Below are positions 1-11,294 of a stretch of 64,000 nucleotides of DNA, in pieces (position 1 is the first letter of the stretch; each line of letters begins with the position of its first letter). Source of the stretch: Mustelus asterias (taxonomy: Eukaryota); contig NC_135808.1 in NCBI RefSeq assembly GCF_964213995.1, forward strand, positions 12,090,001 through 12,154,000. The letters run 5' to 3'. The position numbers and the translations under genes were made by a program. Below the pieces are notes generated by a model. The model was not told the origin of the DNA, made no database searches, and saw only the letters and a list, made by a program, of their open reading frames with translations.

Positions 1-189
1 ACAAAATGGTTAGCCACATTCTTGAACAGATTAGCCGGGACCAGCTGCTGGTCTTATCTGTTCTTGGTACATGAGCATGAAAACACCCTAACGTAAACAT
101 GAGTTCTACAGTGTTTCTCACACAATCTCGAAATAGCACAGAGTTCACTTTGTCACTTTGAGTGTTAGAATTCATTAACCCATTCCCGT

Positions 190-340
190 CTTCACTCTCC
201 CAGGTATCCATTATTCTATACATAAACCATCTGAACCCCTCGATTAGATTCCAGTCTGTAACTCACTCCCAGGTATCCCTTATTCTATATATAAACCATC
301 TGAACCCCTCGATTAGATTCCAGTCTGTAACTCACTCCAG
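190..340 (+). repeat. 69-bp satellite, ~2 units (intron 2 of copy A)
   Basis: Unit CCCAGGTATCCATTATTCTATATATAAACCATCTGAACCCCTCGATTAGATTCCAGTCTGTAACTCACT. Confidence 0.9.
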
Positions 341-499
341 TGCACCCAGTGTTCCATCAGACAGTTGAACCTGCAGTGAGCTGTTATTATTTGTTATCAG
401 AATTGGAGACATTTTTAATCCTGTAACCCAGCGGGCAGAGACCAGGGACAGTGGGATTAGAGACGTTGTTTATTCCGCTCTGTATTCAATCTGTTCCAG

Positions 500-3400
500 A
501 CTGAAGTTGAGAGACTGAGAAATGAAATCCGCAGTGAATTTGAAAAGATGCACAAGTTCCTGTTTGAGAAGGAAGAGCTGATGAAAACAGAGTTGGAGCG
601 AAAAAGCAATAAAATATTTGAGGAAGTGGAGAACAATTTAAAGAAAACCTTGGATGAAATGTCTTCTGTTGAAGGAGCAATAAGAGATCTTCAATCCAGG
701 CTGGAGATACAAGAGGCTCCAGAGTTCCTCAAGGTACAAAACCTCTTTGCCTTGTCCAGGAGAATATTGCGGGACTGAGGGCTGACACACTGACCTTTAA
801 CCTCTGGGCCTGGGTTTGGCCTCAGTCTGATTGGGTGGATGATTATCTCTTGCTGCTGTCAGTGAGGGTGCAGTGGGAGATGGGGTGAGGTAATCTCAGT
901 GTGATTCCTATACACAGTGTAACCACAGCACTGAGTGATGTTTGGATTCAGAGAGCACTGGGCTGTGAGCTGGAGGGATTTACTCTGGGGCAGATGGGGC
1001 TGTTCTGAGGATGGGGTTAAGGGGCATTGTTGAAGTGTAGAAGGTAGATCTTTATTGTGCTGCGGGTTCTGCTGTTCCTGACCCTGCAAACGCTTGATTC
1101 AACTGAAGACACAGCCAGCAATGGGGTTGGGATTGAAATCGAGGATTCAGAGAAGACACAAATTAGAGGAGTGCAGATGTCTCCGAGCGTTGTGGAGCTG
1201 GAGGAGATCACAGAGACAGAGAGGAGTGAGGCCAGGGAGGAATTTGAAAACAAGGTTGAGAATGTTTTCAATGAATACGTTGTTGAGCTGGGAGCCAGTG
1301 GAGGTCACCAAGCACCGGGGTGATGGGGGCTACGATCAGATAGATAAGAATGTAAGCTGCTGAGGACAGGACATCCAGCTGGACATGGGCACCGGGAGGG
1401 GTGGTTGGGTGATCAGGAATTTTTGGGAATGGGATAGAGGGACACAAGAGATGGGTCACATGGAGATAATGAGCTCAGAGTGGGAATGAAAGGAAAATGG
1501 AAATGTTATTTTCTCAATGATTCCTCGGTGTCTCCATTCTGTTCCTCCTGATAATTTCTCCCTGAGTTCGACAGCAACAGATCTTGAACAGGAACATAGA
1601 AACAGTGGATTTGGAGCAGAAGTCGGCAATTCAACCCTTCGAGCTGCTTCGCCCATTCAAACACTTCCTGGTCTGAAATCCACCTCCCGATCTGTTCCCC
1701 ATATCCCCTGAACTCATTTTGTATCAGAAATATGTCTATCTCCTTCTTGAAACCATTTGGGTCAGCATGGTGGCACAATAGTTAGCACTGCTGCCTCACA
1801 GTGCCAGGGACCCGGGTTTGATTCCTGACTTGGGTGACTGTCTGTGTGGAGTCTGCTTGTTCTCCCCGTGTCCATATGGGTTTCCTCCAGGTTCTCCGGT
1901 TTCCCCCCACAGTCCGAAAGATGTGCTGGTTTGGTGAATTGGCTACGCTAAATACTCCCTCAGTGTACATAAACTGATGCAGGAGTGTGGCGATGAGAGG
2001 ATTTTCACAGTAACTTCATCGCAATGTAAGCTTACTTATGATGCAAATATACTTTAAAACTTTTACTTTAATGATTCCGACTCCACCGCGCCACGGGGCA
2101 GCGAGTTACACAGATTTACCCCCCTCTGCGAGAAGTCGTTCCTCCTCATCTCAGTTTTAAATCTACCGCCACTCAACCTATACCTGTGACCCCTTGTTCT
2201 AATCAGACTCAATAATATCTATTCTGTTTCTGTCCCCTCAGGATATACAAGACCTTGTGAAGAGGTAAGCAGATTTAAAGGAACAGTTTTGCGATGTGAT
2301 CGCTGCTGTCTCTCTCACACAGACTGATTTGTGGACCTGTTTTTACAGGAGTCAGATGGAGTTTCACGAGGCTGGAACTGTCTCCACTCAGTTACCTGTG
2401 GGTATCGATGGTGGACCATTCAAATACATCAATGTGTGGAGGGAAATGAGAGCAGTGATTTCACCAGGTATCATTCTCTGTATATTGCCATCTCCGTACT
2501 GTTATCCACGTGACTAATGGGCTTTGACACACTGATGGAATGACCATAAGAAAGAAGAGCAGCAGTGATCCAGCCCAGTGAACCTGCTCTGTTTTTGGAT
2601 CAGATTATGACTGATCTGCTTGTGGCCTTCACTCTACTTACCCTCCGTACCCCACATAACCCTTAACCCCCTTGTTGATCAAAAATCTATCCAACTCAGC
2701 CTTGTAGTCAATGAGGCAGCCTCCACTGCTCTCTCTGTGGAAGAGAATTCCAAAGACTAATGACCCTCTCAGAGGAGAAATTCCTCCTCATCACCATCTT
2801 ATATCACCCTTTTATTGAAGCTTTGCTGCCTCGATCTAGATTTCCCCAGGAGATGAAACACCCTCCCAGCATCTACCCTGTCAAAGGGACCCCCTCAGAA
2901 TCTCACATGTTTCGAGAAGATCACCTCTTATTCTTCTAAACTTCAATGAGTTTTGACCCAACTTGCTCAACCTTTCCTCAGGAGACAATCCCTTCATCTT
3001 AGGAATCAACCTCGTGAAGCTTCTCTGAACTGCGTCCAATGAAAGTATCTCCCTCCTGATGTAAGGTGACCAAATCTGTACACAATACTCAAGCTGCAGT
3101 TTCACCAGTGAACACAGGAGGAGATCATTCGGCCCATTGTGTTCCTGCTAGCTCACTGTAGAATGCTGTAGATTTATGTGTCATTCCAGAATCTGGAGTG
3201 GGATTTCCAGACTGACACACCCAGCGCCGCACTGAGGAAGTGCGGCAGTGTTGGAGGAGCCGTCTTTCAGCTGAGACTTCACACCTTCTCAGTTGGAGGT
3301 CAATGATTCCGTGGCATGGGTTTGAAGAAGAGTTGGAGAGCTCTCCCCCCTTGTCCTGCCTGAGATCTCCGAGGTGGTGGTATGGCTGGAGGAGTTTCCA

Positions 3401-4352
3401 GAGATACAGAGAGGGGAGTCTGTGGAGACACGGGATTGAGAATTTTAATTTGAAGCATTCCTGTACCAAGGAAGTGTTGTGGCGCAGTGGGTAGCATCCC
3501 TGCCTGTGAGCCAGCAGCTCCGGATTTGAGTCCCAATTCAGGACATAGTGGCCATGGAAGGTGCGTTCATAATGTGGCCGACACAGGTAGAGTCTCAATT
3601 TGCAAAATCCCACCTACAGCTGGCAGTAAGAGTGGGAGAGAATCCTGGTCAGCCACACTTGATGTGCCCCTGGAGCTATAAGCCCCTGGTGACAGACCGA
3701 GTGACTCGGTACAGAAACAACAAACATTGCTGGGTCAGAATCCGATACTGTCTGTACACGTCTCTGATTCACTCCGATTTTTCTTATAGTAACAGCTTCC
3801 CGTTTATGTTCCCTCCCAGTTCCAGCATCTCTCACCCTGGATCCAGACACAGCTTACAAGCAACTCATCATTTCCCAGGATCTGAGCAGTGTGAGGTTCG
3901 GAAATGTGAATAAAGATCTTCCTGATAATCCAGAAAGATTTGAATTATACTGTTATGTTTTGAGCTGCCAGAGTTTCACATCAGGGAGACATTACTGGGA
4001 GGTGGGACTTGGAAACAAGACTGCCTGGATTGTGGGTGTCTGCAGAGAGTCTGTCAACAGGAAAGGAAACATCATTCTTTCAACTGAGAATGGATTCTGG
4101 GTCATCGCCCGGTATCCTGACTGCAAATCATTGAAAATCCCGGATGTCATCTCCCAGCTGAAAGTGAAACCCCGGAAGTTAGGAATTTCCCTGGATTATG
4201 AGGGGGGACAGGTGTCATTTTACGATGCTGAGGACATGTCTCACCTGTACACATTCACTGACACATTCACCGAGAAACTCTACCCCATCTTTAATCCTTG
4301 TAGGAATGCCTATGGTGATAACTCTCAGCCACTCACACTGCTCACTCGCTAA
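500..4352 (+). CDS. TRIM gene copy A (5'-partial): coiled-coil + PRY/SPRY(B30.2) exons of a RING-B-box-CC-SPRY E3 ligase (TRIM39/TRIM27/NF7-like class)
   Basis: Exons 500-733 (234 nt, TEVERL..EFLK), 2242-2264 (23 nt), 2349-2467 (119 nt) and 3820-4352 (VPASLTLDPDTA..GRHYWEV..LDYEGGQVSFY..LYPIFNP, TAA). All have AG/GT sites and compatible phases. Exons 1-2 lie upstream of the window. Confidence 0.9.
1130..1325 (-). mobile_element. Decayed L2-type LINE fragment in intron 3 (paralogues ~14290, ~27910, ~50700)
   Basis: Minus-strand translation PITPVLGDLHWLPAQQRI, typical of the L2 RT C-terminus. Confidence 0.7.
1759..2069 (+). mobile_element. tRNA-derived V-SINE-type SINE, private to copy A intron 3
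   Basis: A/B-box head, central GGGTTTCCTCC..CCCACAGTCC core and (ACTTT)n tail; empty site in copies B-D. Confidence 0.85.
2545..3110 (-). mobile_element. Decayed CR1 fragments in intron 5 (paralogues ~15410-16210, ~29030-30110, ~52750-53960)
   Basis: Minus-strand translation QLEYCVQIWSPY..AVQRSFTRLIP..RGDLLE. Confidence 0.8.
3185..3360 (+). mobile_element. Decayed Deu-domain SINE fragment
   Basis: GACTGACAC..CTGAGG..GTCTTTCAGCTGAGAC..GAAGAAGAG..TGTCCTG resembles the DeuSINE core (recognised from memory, not aligned). Confidence 0.5.
3474..3665 (+). mobile_element. tRNA-derived SINE fragment
   Basis: A box TGGCGCAGTGG and B-box-like GATTTGAGTCCC followed by a non-tRNA body. Confidence 0.55.
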
Positions 4353-5066
4353 CACACTCAGACATGGTTTTTGATGTCAGGATGGTGCTGTGTGCTGTCT
4401 AACCCACTGCCCAAGCAAGTCACATTGTCCCAATTCTCTGCTGCGCGATATTGGGGGTGTGGCCGGGTGTTTGAGTGTGTTTGCAGTTTGGAGTTTACTG
4501 TAAAGTTAACTCAGCTTCTCAAACTGTCCCGTTCTCAATCTGTGACAACCCAGACACATTGGGCTGTAATGAAATGAATTTGATAACTGTGCCCAGTCTC
4601 GAACAATTCATTGTAAAGCCATTTCCATTTGCTCCATTTAATTAAGGTTTTATTTGCAGACTGGACTGTGCAGATTGTTGATTCAGAGAATGTGTAGAAT
4701 GAATTAGGAATAAGAATATCAGAATAGGTTCTGGAGGAGGAGACATCAACATCAACTCCACTTTCCCACCCTATCCCTTCACTCCCTTTGTAGACAAGAA
4801 GATATCGATCTCTGGGTTGAATATTCTCGCTGACAGCTCACCGAGGTAGAGAATCCCAAAGATTCACAACTCTCTCTGAGTGAAGACATTTCTCCTCGTC
4901 TCAGTCTTAAATGGCCGACCCCTTATCCTGATTCTGTGACTCCGAGTTCTAGAGCAGTCTCAGCATCGACTCTGTCAGGATCCCGAACAATTGGGTCTGT
5001 CTCAATAAGATCACCCCTCATTCTTCTAAACTTTAAAGATTACAGATCCATTGTACTCACTCTCTC

Positions 5067-5300
5067 TATTCTCCTCGTGTCTGCGTGGGTTTCCTCCGGG
5101 TGCTCCGGTTTCCTCCCACAGCCCAAAGATGTGCGGGTTAGGTTGATTGGCCAGGTTAAAAATTGCCCCTTAGAGTCCTGGGATGCATAGGTTCGAGGGA
5201 TTAGCGGGTAAAATGTGTGGGGGTAGGGCCTGGGTGGGATTGTGGTCGGTGCGGAGTCGATGGGCCGAATGGCCTCCTTCTGCACTGTAGGGTTTCTATG
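5067..5300 (+). mobile_element. 5'-truncated HE1-type SINE
   Basis: V-core plus CR1-like tail; TSD ACTCTCTC at 5059-66 and 5301-08; empty site in the paralogues. Confidence 0.88.
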
Positions 5301-5985
5301 ACTCTCTCCTCATATAGAACAACCCTTTCACCCCAAGAATCTATTCAGTGAACCTTCATTGCAGCCTTTGAGGTAAGTCTAGGTTTCCTTAGGTAAGGAG
5401 ACTAAAACTGTGCCCAGTCCCCCAACTGTGACCACACCCAGTCGCTGTTTCATTGCAGCAAGACTTATACTCTTATACATCAGCCCCATTGTAATAAAGG
5501 CTAACATAACATTTACCGTCCTAATTGTTCACTGTATCTGCTTGTTAACTTTCTCTGCTTCACCCCAAATCCCTCTGACTCCCAACATTTACAAGTCTCC
5601 CATCTTTCAAATAAATTATCCTGATATCCTCATCGAGTCATAGTGGTTTACAGCATGGAAACAGGCCCTTCGGCCCAACTTGTCCATGCCGCCCAGTTTT
5701 TAACCACTCAGCTCGTCCCGATTACCCTCATCCTGATGGGCACTTTTCCCATGTTGGCAGGAAGGGCTTTACATGGAGCAGCCCCGCCATCTGCTGGCAG
5801 CGCTGTGAATGGCCACTTGCTCTGTCAGCTGCCTTTAAACTGGAGGCTGGATTTAGTGAGGCCGTCAATATAAGATAGTCATTAACAAATCCAATCGGGA
5901 ATTCGAGACCAACATCTTTACCCAGAGAGTGGTTAGAATGAGGAACTCCCTCCCATTCAAGGAGATCAGGAATGGGGAAGGGGTT

Positions 5986-6848
5986 TGATGTGGGAAATTT
6001 CTCACAAATCAATCCGGTTTTACGATAGTCGAGACTCAGACACTGAGAGGGTTAATAGCAAAGGGTTAAACGATTCTGAAAACCAGATTGTCGGCTAATG
6101 AGAGAGTAGATTACACACATGTGAATGTAGTAAAAGAATTAAACAAGTAATTATGATTTAAACATATATGCTGATATATTAAATGTATTTTAAGTGTTGT
6201 ATGAATTATTCACTTCAGCCGAAGGCAGGTTACCGCAAGGTATGATGGGAAAGGTGAATAGTTCAGAACCAAAGGCCTGGGAATCCTGCACTTTGCAAAA
6301 TTCATCTCCGGAAGTTTCTTATGCAGCAACACATGTTGCAATTTTATGAATAGGTGTTTTCCTTGTCCAGACTCAAGATGGAAATGTGCCCGGATGCGGG
6401 ATCACCTGTCAATCCAGTTTGGCAATGATTGGGTGGGAACATTCACTTTGACCCCTATAGTGAGTGTCTTGGGTAACCTGGCAACGGGGAAGTGGCTTTA
6501 GCCAAGATGGGAGATAGTGTCTGGATTTCATGGACAAATGAGATATCATTATGCTGGATGGTGAGATGCAATTGGCTGAGGTACATGACAGGTATTATTA
6601 TTGATATGTGTACATTAAAGATGATTGATTTTAAGCTAAGATACGGCGGGAATGATTGATAGGAAAACCTATAACTGTTCTGTTCAGAATTGTAAAGGTC
6701 AGATCTATTCGGAGAGTTCTGGCTGCTCGATCCGAGAGCTGACTCCACCCTCTGATGATCTCCTAGCAGCTGCTAATTAAATAAAGTTACATCTTTGGTT
6801 CAGAAACACTGTCTCCGTGAGTCTTGGATTGTCTAAGTTTTCCTGACA
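5986..6848 (+). mobile_element. Putative ERV-like solo LTR
   Basis: TG..CA block of ~860 bp with AATAAA ~65 nt before the 3' end; repeated in the spacers after copies A, B and C; no clean TSD seen. Confidence 0.45.
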
Positions 6849-7380
6849 GTTCTGGTCACCTCGGGTCCCTCACAACAGTCTTAAAATAGAGAGAGAGGCT
6901 CCGTGGCCAGCAGTTCAGTGCTGTACTCACTGTGACTGGGTTTGGTGAGGGGTTCCAGACCCTTGTTTCAGCTGAAGCAATATTTTAAAGTGGGGGCTGG
7001 ATGGCAGTATATGTGCTCACAGTGACACCCAGTGGCAGGCAATGGAAAGGCACATTGCGCAGAGTGTTCAACAAGAGGCTGATTCACTACCTCCCATTGC
7101 GTGCTGCCACCCCAGTCGAATATCCTTCTCACCAGCATTACTGTCTCAGTAACATGTCTCACAAGATGATTGCAGACTGTGGGGGAGACAATAGCAGATT
7201 CAGCATCACGATTTGTTTAAACGGAACATGAACAAACTGATGGAGCAGGAGGTGAGCAGGAATTTAAAGATGTTATTGTGCAGTCGATGTCCCAGTTCCT
7301 GGTGTGTTAATGTGATCCAGTGAGCTGACAGAGGCTGTCCATTCAACACTCTCCAGTAACTGGAGGCTCAGCCCAGGTAG

Positions 7381-7482
7381 GGTGTGTGTGTGAGAGTGAG
7401 TGTGTGTGTGTGTGTGTGTGTGTGAGTGAGAGTGAGTGTGTGTGAGAGTGAGCGTGAGTGTGTGTGTGTGTGTGTCTGTGAG
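7381..7482. repeat. (GT/GA)n microsatellite
   Basis: Directly visible. Confidence 0.95.
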
Positions 7483-7508
7483 TAGGTCTCTGACTGGGAC
7501 TGAAGATT

Positions 7509-7826
7509 CATACATACAATCCCTACAGTGCAGAATGAGGCCATTTGGCCCATCGAGCCTGCACCAGCAACAATCCCATCCAGGCCTGATCCGCAGGACG
7601 CCGCATATTTACCCTGATAATCCCCCTGACACTAAGGTGCAATTTAACAGGGCAAATCCCCCTGGTCCACACAGCTTTGGAGTGTGGGAGGAAACCGCAG
7701 CACTTGTAGGAAAACCCCGCAATCACGGGGAGAATGTGCAAACTCCACACAGACAGTGACCCGAGCTGGGAATTGAACCCAGGTCCCTGGCACTGTGAGG
7801 TAGCCGTGCTAACCACTGTACCACCC
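7509..7826 (-). mobile_element. HE1-type SINE
   Basis: Reverse complement shows tRNA head + V-core + tail; a partial paralogue is at ~23230-23355. Confidence 0.85.
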
Positions 7827-8319
7827 GTAGGACTCCCGTCAGGACGCTTTGCAACAGAGACACTTTGATTCAGTCTGAGCCAACAAACAAATTACATTTA
7901 TATAGCGCCTTTCATGCAGTGAAACATCCAGAGGGACAGGGACGGAAATCAGACAAAAATAATTGAGCCTGAATGTGATCTTCCAGAGCCAATCTCCCCA
8001 CAGTGAGATACTGTGCAGCAGCTGAGGAATGAGAAGCTGGAACACAGGATTGTTCCTGTTCATCGAGTTAATGATAACCCCAAAGCCCAGATAGAAACAA
8101 ATCCAATCTTTAACCGGGGAGGGTGCCTGGATTGTGGAGGGAGATCAGTCCTGGGAGCCGGAGGAGAAACCTTCCTCCCCGCTCTCCACTGATGTCCCAG
8201 TTTCAGCATCCCGGATCCTGGATTCTGATCCCAATTTGCAGAGTAAAGGGGCGAAGGAATTTGCAAAGTCAGAGGCATCAAAAGTTATTTATTGAAGAAT
8301 TGACGGGGGTGTGGGGGTT

Positions 8320-9533
8320 AACATGGAAGTTGGATAAAGGAGAACCAGTGGACGTGATTTATTTAGATTTCCAGAAGGCCTTTGACAAGGAGCCACGTAG
8401 GAGACTTAAATCAGTCAAGAGCCCATGGTGTTAAGGGCAAGATCCTGGCATGGAGAGAGGATTGGCTGACTGACAGAAGGCAGAGAGTGGGGATAAAGGG
8501 GTCTTTCTCAGGATGGCAGCCGGTGACTAGTGGTGTGCCTCAGGGGTCAGAGCTGGGACTCCATCTTTTCACAATATACAGGAACAATTTGGAGGAAGGA
8601 ATTGAAGGCACTGTTGCTAAGTTTGCAGATGATACAAAGATATGCAGAGGGACAGGTCGTATTGAGGAAGCAGGGAGGCTGTAGAAGGACTTGGACAGGT
8701 TCGGAGAGTGGGCAAAGAAGTGGCAGATGGAATACAATGTGGAAAAGTGTGAGGTTACACACCTTGGAAGGAGGAATGGAGGCACAGACTATTTTCTAAA
8801 TGGGAAAATGCTTCGGAAATCAGAAACACAAAGGGACTTGGGAGTCCTTGTTCAAGATTCTCTTAAGGTTAACGTGCAGGTTCAGTCGGCAGTTTGGAAA
8901 GCAAATGCAATGCCAGCATTCATGTCGAGAGGGCTAGAATACAAGAGCAGGGATGGACTTCTGAGGCTGCATAAGGCTCTGATCAGACCCCATTTGGAGT
9001 ATTGTGAGCATTTTTGGGCCCCATACCTAAGGAAGGATGTGCTGGTCTTGGAAAGGGTCCAGAGGAGGTTCACAAGAATGATCCCTGGAATGAAGAGCTT
9101 GTCGTATGAGGAACGGTTGAGGGCTCTGTACTCATTGGAGTTTAGAAGGATGAGGGGGGATCTTATTGAAACTTACAGGATGTTGCGAGGCCTGGATAGA
9201 GTGGACGTGGAAAAGATGTTTCCACCAGTAGGAAAAACTAGAACAGAGAGCAGAACCTCAGGCTAAAGGGACGATCCTTTAAAGCAGAGATGAGGAGGAA
9301 TTTCTTCAGCCAGAGGGTGGTGAATCTGTGGAACTCTTTGCCGCAGAAGGCTGTGGAGGCCAGGTCATTGAGTGTCTTTAAGACAGAGGTAGACAAGTTG
9401 TTGATTAATAAGGGGATCAGGGATTATGGGGAAAAGGCAGGAGAATGGGGATGAGAAAAGTATCAGACATGATTGAATGGCGGAGCAGACTCGATGGGCC
9501 GAGTGGCCTAATTCTGCTCCTATGTCTTATGGT
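8320..9533 (+). mobile_element. 5'-truncated CR1 LINE (RT 3' half)
   Basis: YLDFQKAFDK, SGVPQGS, KFADDTK and LERVQRRFTR with a frameshift and a stop; CR1 3' tail. Absent from the paralogous site at ~40370. Confidence 0.93.
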
Positions 9534-9664
9534 CAGATTGTGACGGGCGTGGAGTGAGGATAGGGAGGGTCTCAGAGATGAGATGGAATTGAAAAGGTTT
9601 TGGGGATGAGAAAGAGGAGAGAAACCAGAGAAAGATGTGGGGGTGGAGGGGCAGTATTTGATCA

Positions 9665-10958
9665 GTGGGCTGGGGGAGGGGGGATTGGGTCAGGGGGCTG
9701 GGGGAGGGGGGATTGGGTCAGTGGGCTGGGGGAGGGGGGATTGGGTCAGTGGGCTGGGGGAGGGGGGATTGGGTCAGGGGGCTGGGGGAGGGGGGATTGG
9801 GTCAGTGGGCTGGGGGAGGGTGGATTGGGTCAGTGGGCTGGGGGAGGCGGGTATTGGGTCAGTGGTCTGGGGGGATTGGGTCAGTGCGCTGGGGGGAGGA
9901 GGGATTGGGTCAGTGGGCTGGGGGAGGAGGGATTGGGTCAGTGGGCTGGGGGAGGGGGGATTGGGTCAGTGGGCTGGGGGGGGGGGATTGGGTCAGGGGG
10001 TGGGGGAGGGGGGATTGGGTCAGTGGGCTGGGGGAGGGGGGATTGGGTCAGTGGGCCGGGGGAGGGGGGATTGGGTCAGTGGGCCGGGGGAGGGGGGATT
10101 GGGTCAGGGGGCCGGGGGAGGGGGGATCGGGTCAGGGGGCCGGGGGAGGGGGGATCGGGTCAGGGGGCCGGGGGAGGGGGGATCGGGTCAGGGGGCCGGG
10201 GGAGGGGGGATCGGGTCAGTGGGCCGGGGGAGGGGGGATCGGGTCAGTGGGCCGGGGGAGGGGGGATCGGGTCAGTGGGCCGGGGGAGGGGGGATCGGGT
10301 CAGGGGGCCGGGGGAGGGGGGATCGGGTCAGGGGGCCGGGGGAGGTGGGATCGGGTGAGGGGGCCGGGGGAGGGGGAATCGGGTCAGTGGGCTGGGGGTG
10401 GGGGGATCGGGTCAGGGGGCTGGGGGAGGGGGGATCGGGTCAGTGGGCTGGGGGAGGGGGGATCGGGTCAATGGGCTGGGGGAGGGGGGATCGGGTCAGT
10501 GGGCTGGGGGAGGGGGGATCGGGTCAGTGGGCTGGGGGAGGGGGGATCGGGTCAGGGGGCTGGGGGAGGGGGGATCGGGTCAGGGGGCTGGGGGAGGGGG
10601 GGATCGGGTCAGGGGGCTGGGGGAGGGGGGATCGGGTCAGGGGGCTGGGGGAGGGGGTTCGGGTCAGTGGGCTGGGGGAGGGGGGATCGGGTCAGTGGGC
10701 TGGGGGAGGGGGGATCGGGTCAGTGGGCTGGGGGAGGGGGGATCGGGTCAGTGGGCTGGGGGAGGGGGGATCGGGTCAGTGGGCTGGGGGAGGGGGGATC
10801 GGGTCAGTGGGCTGGGGGAGGGGGGATCGGGTCAGGGGGAGGGGGGATTGGGTCAGGGGGCTGGGGGAGGGGGGATTGGGTCAGTGGGCTGGGGGAGGGG
10901 GGATTGGGTCACCGGGCTGGGGGAGGGGGGATTGGGTCAGGGGGCTGTGGGAGGGGGC
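9665..10958 (+). repeat. 28-bp G-rich minisatellite (GTGGGCTGGGGGAGGGGGGATTGGGTCA)n, ~46 units
   Basis: Directly visible tandem repeat with four G-tracts per unit; explains the Gly/Trp-rich ORFs in all three frames. Confidence 0.97.
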
Positions 10959-11104
10959 AGGAGGTCAGGAGCAGAGACAGCTGAAAGAATGGTCTCAATC
11001 TTAACTGAGAAATTGCTGAGTTCCTCACAAGTGTTGGGATTGAGGGGGGAGAGGGGGTTTTAAGGAGTGTGTTTGTCGAGGGGAAAGGGAGAATGTTCTA
11101 AAAC

Positions 11105-11250
11105 TGACTTTATAAAGTGAAAAAGGCTCCAGACACAATAACGGGGCTCAGTTTGATTGGATTACAGAATTCCTGGCACTGAGAGTGTCTCTGATCACGT
11201 GAAGTCAGATCCAGGAAGTGCAGCTCGGAACAAGAATTGAAAGTGAAAGA
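11105..11250 (+). promoter_or_regulatory. Proximal promoter module of TRIM copy B with ISRE/IRF-E
   Basis: AATTGAAAGTGAAAG at 11235-11249 (GAAANNGAAA), ETS CAGGAAGTG at 11212-11220, E-box TCACGTGA at 11195-11202, inverted CCAAT (GATTGG) near 11155, TTTATAAA near 11109. All lie 45-190 nt upstream of the ATG. Confidence 0.6.
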
Positions 11251-11294
11251 GGTGGAACAGGGAAGAGAGACAGAGAGAGACTCTGAGCACTGGG

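Noticed and set aside
1057-1323. Acidic 88-aa ORF with a signal-peptide-like start, repeated in each unit
   Set aside because: It is largely the antisense of an L2 fragment, is frameshifted in copy D, and is conserved only because the duplications are recent.
9600-11063. Long Gly/Trp-rich ORFs (also 23741-25440 and 40441-40866)
   Set aside because: Open in all three frames because the 28-bp G-rich unit lacks stops; a minisatellite artefact.
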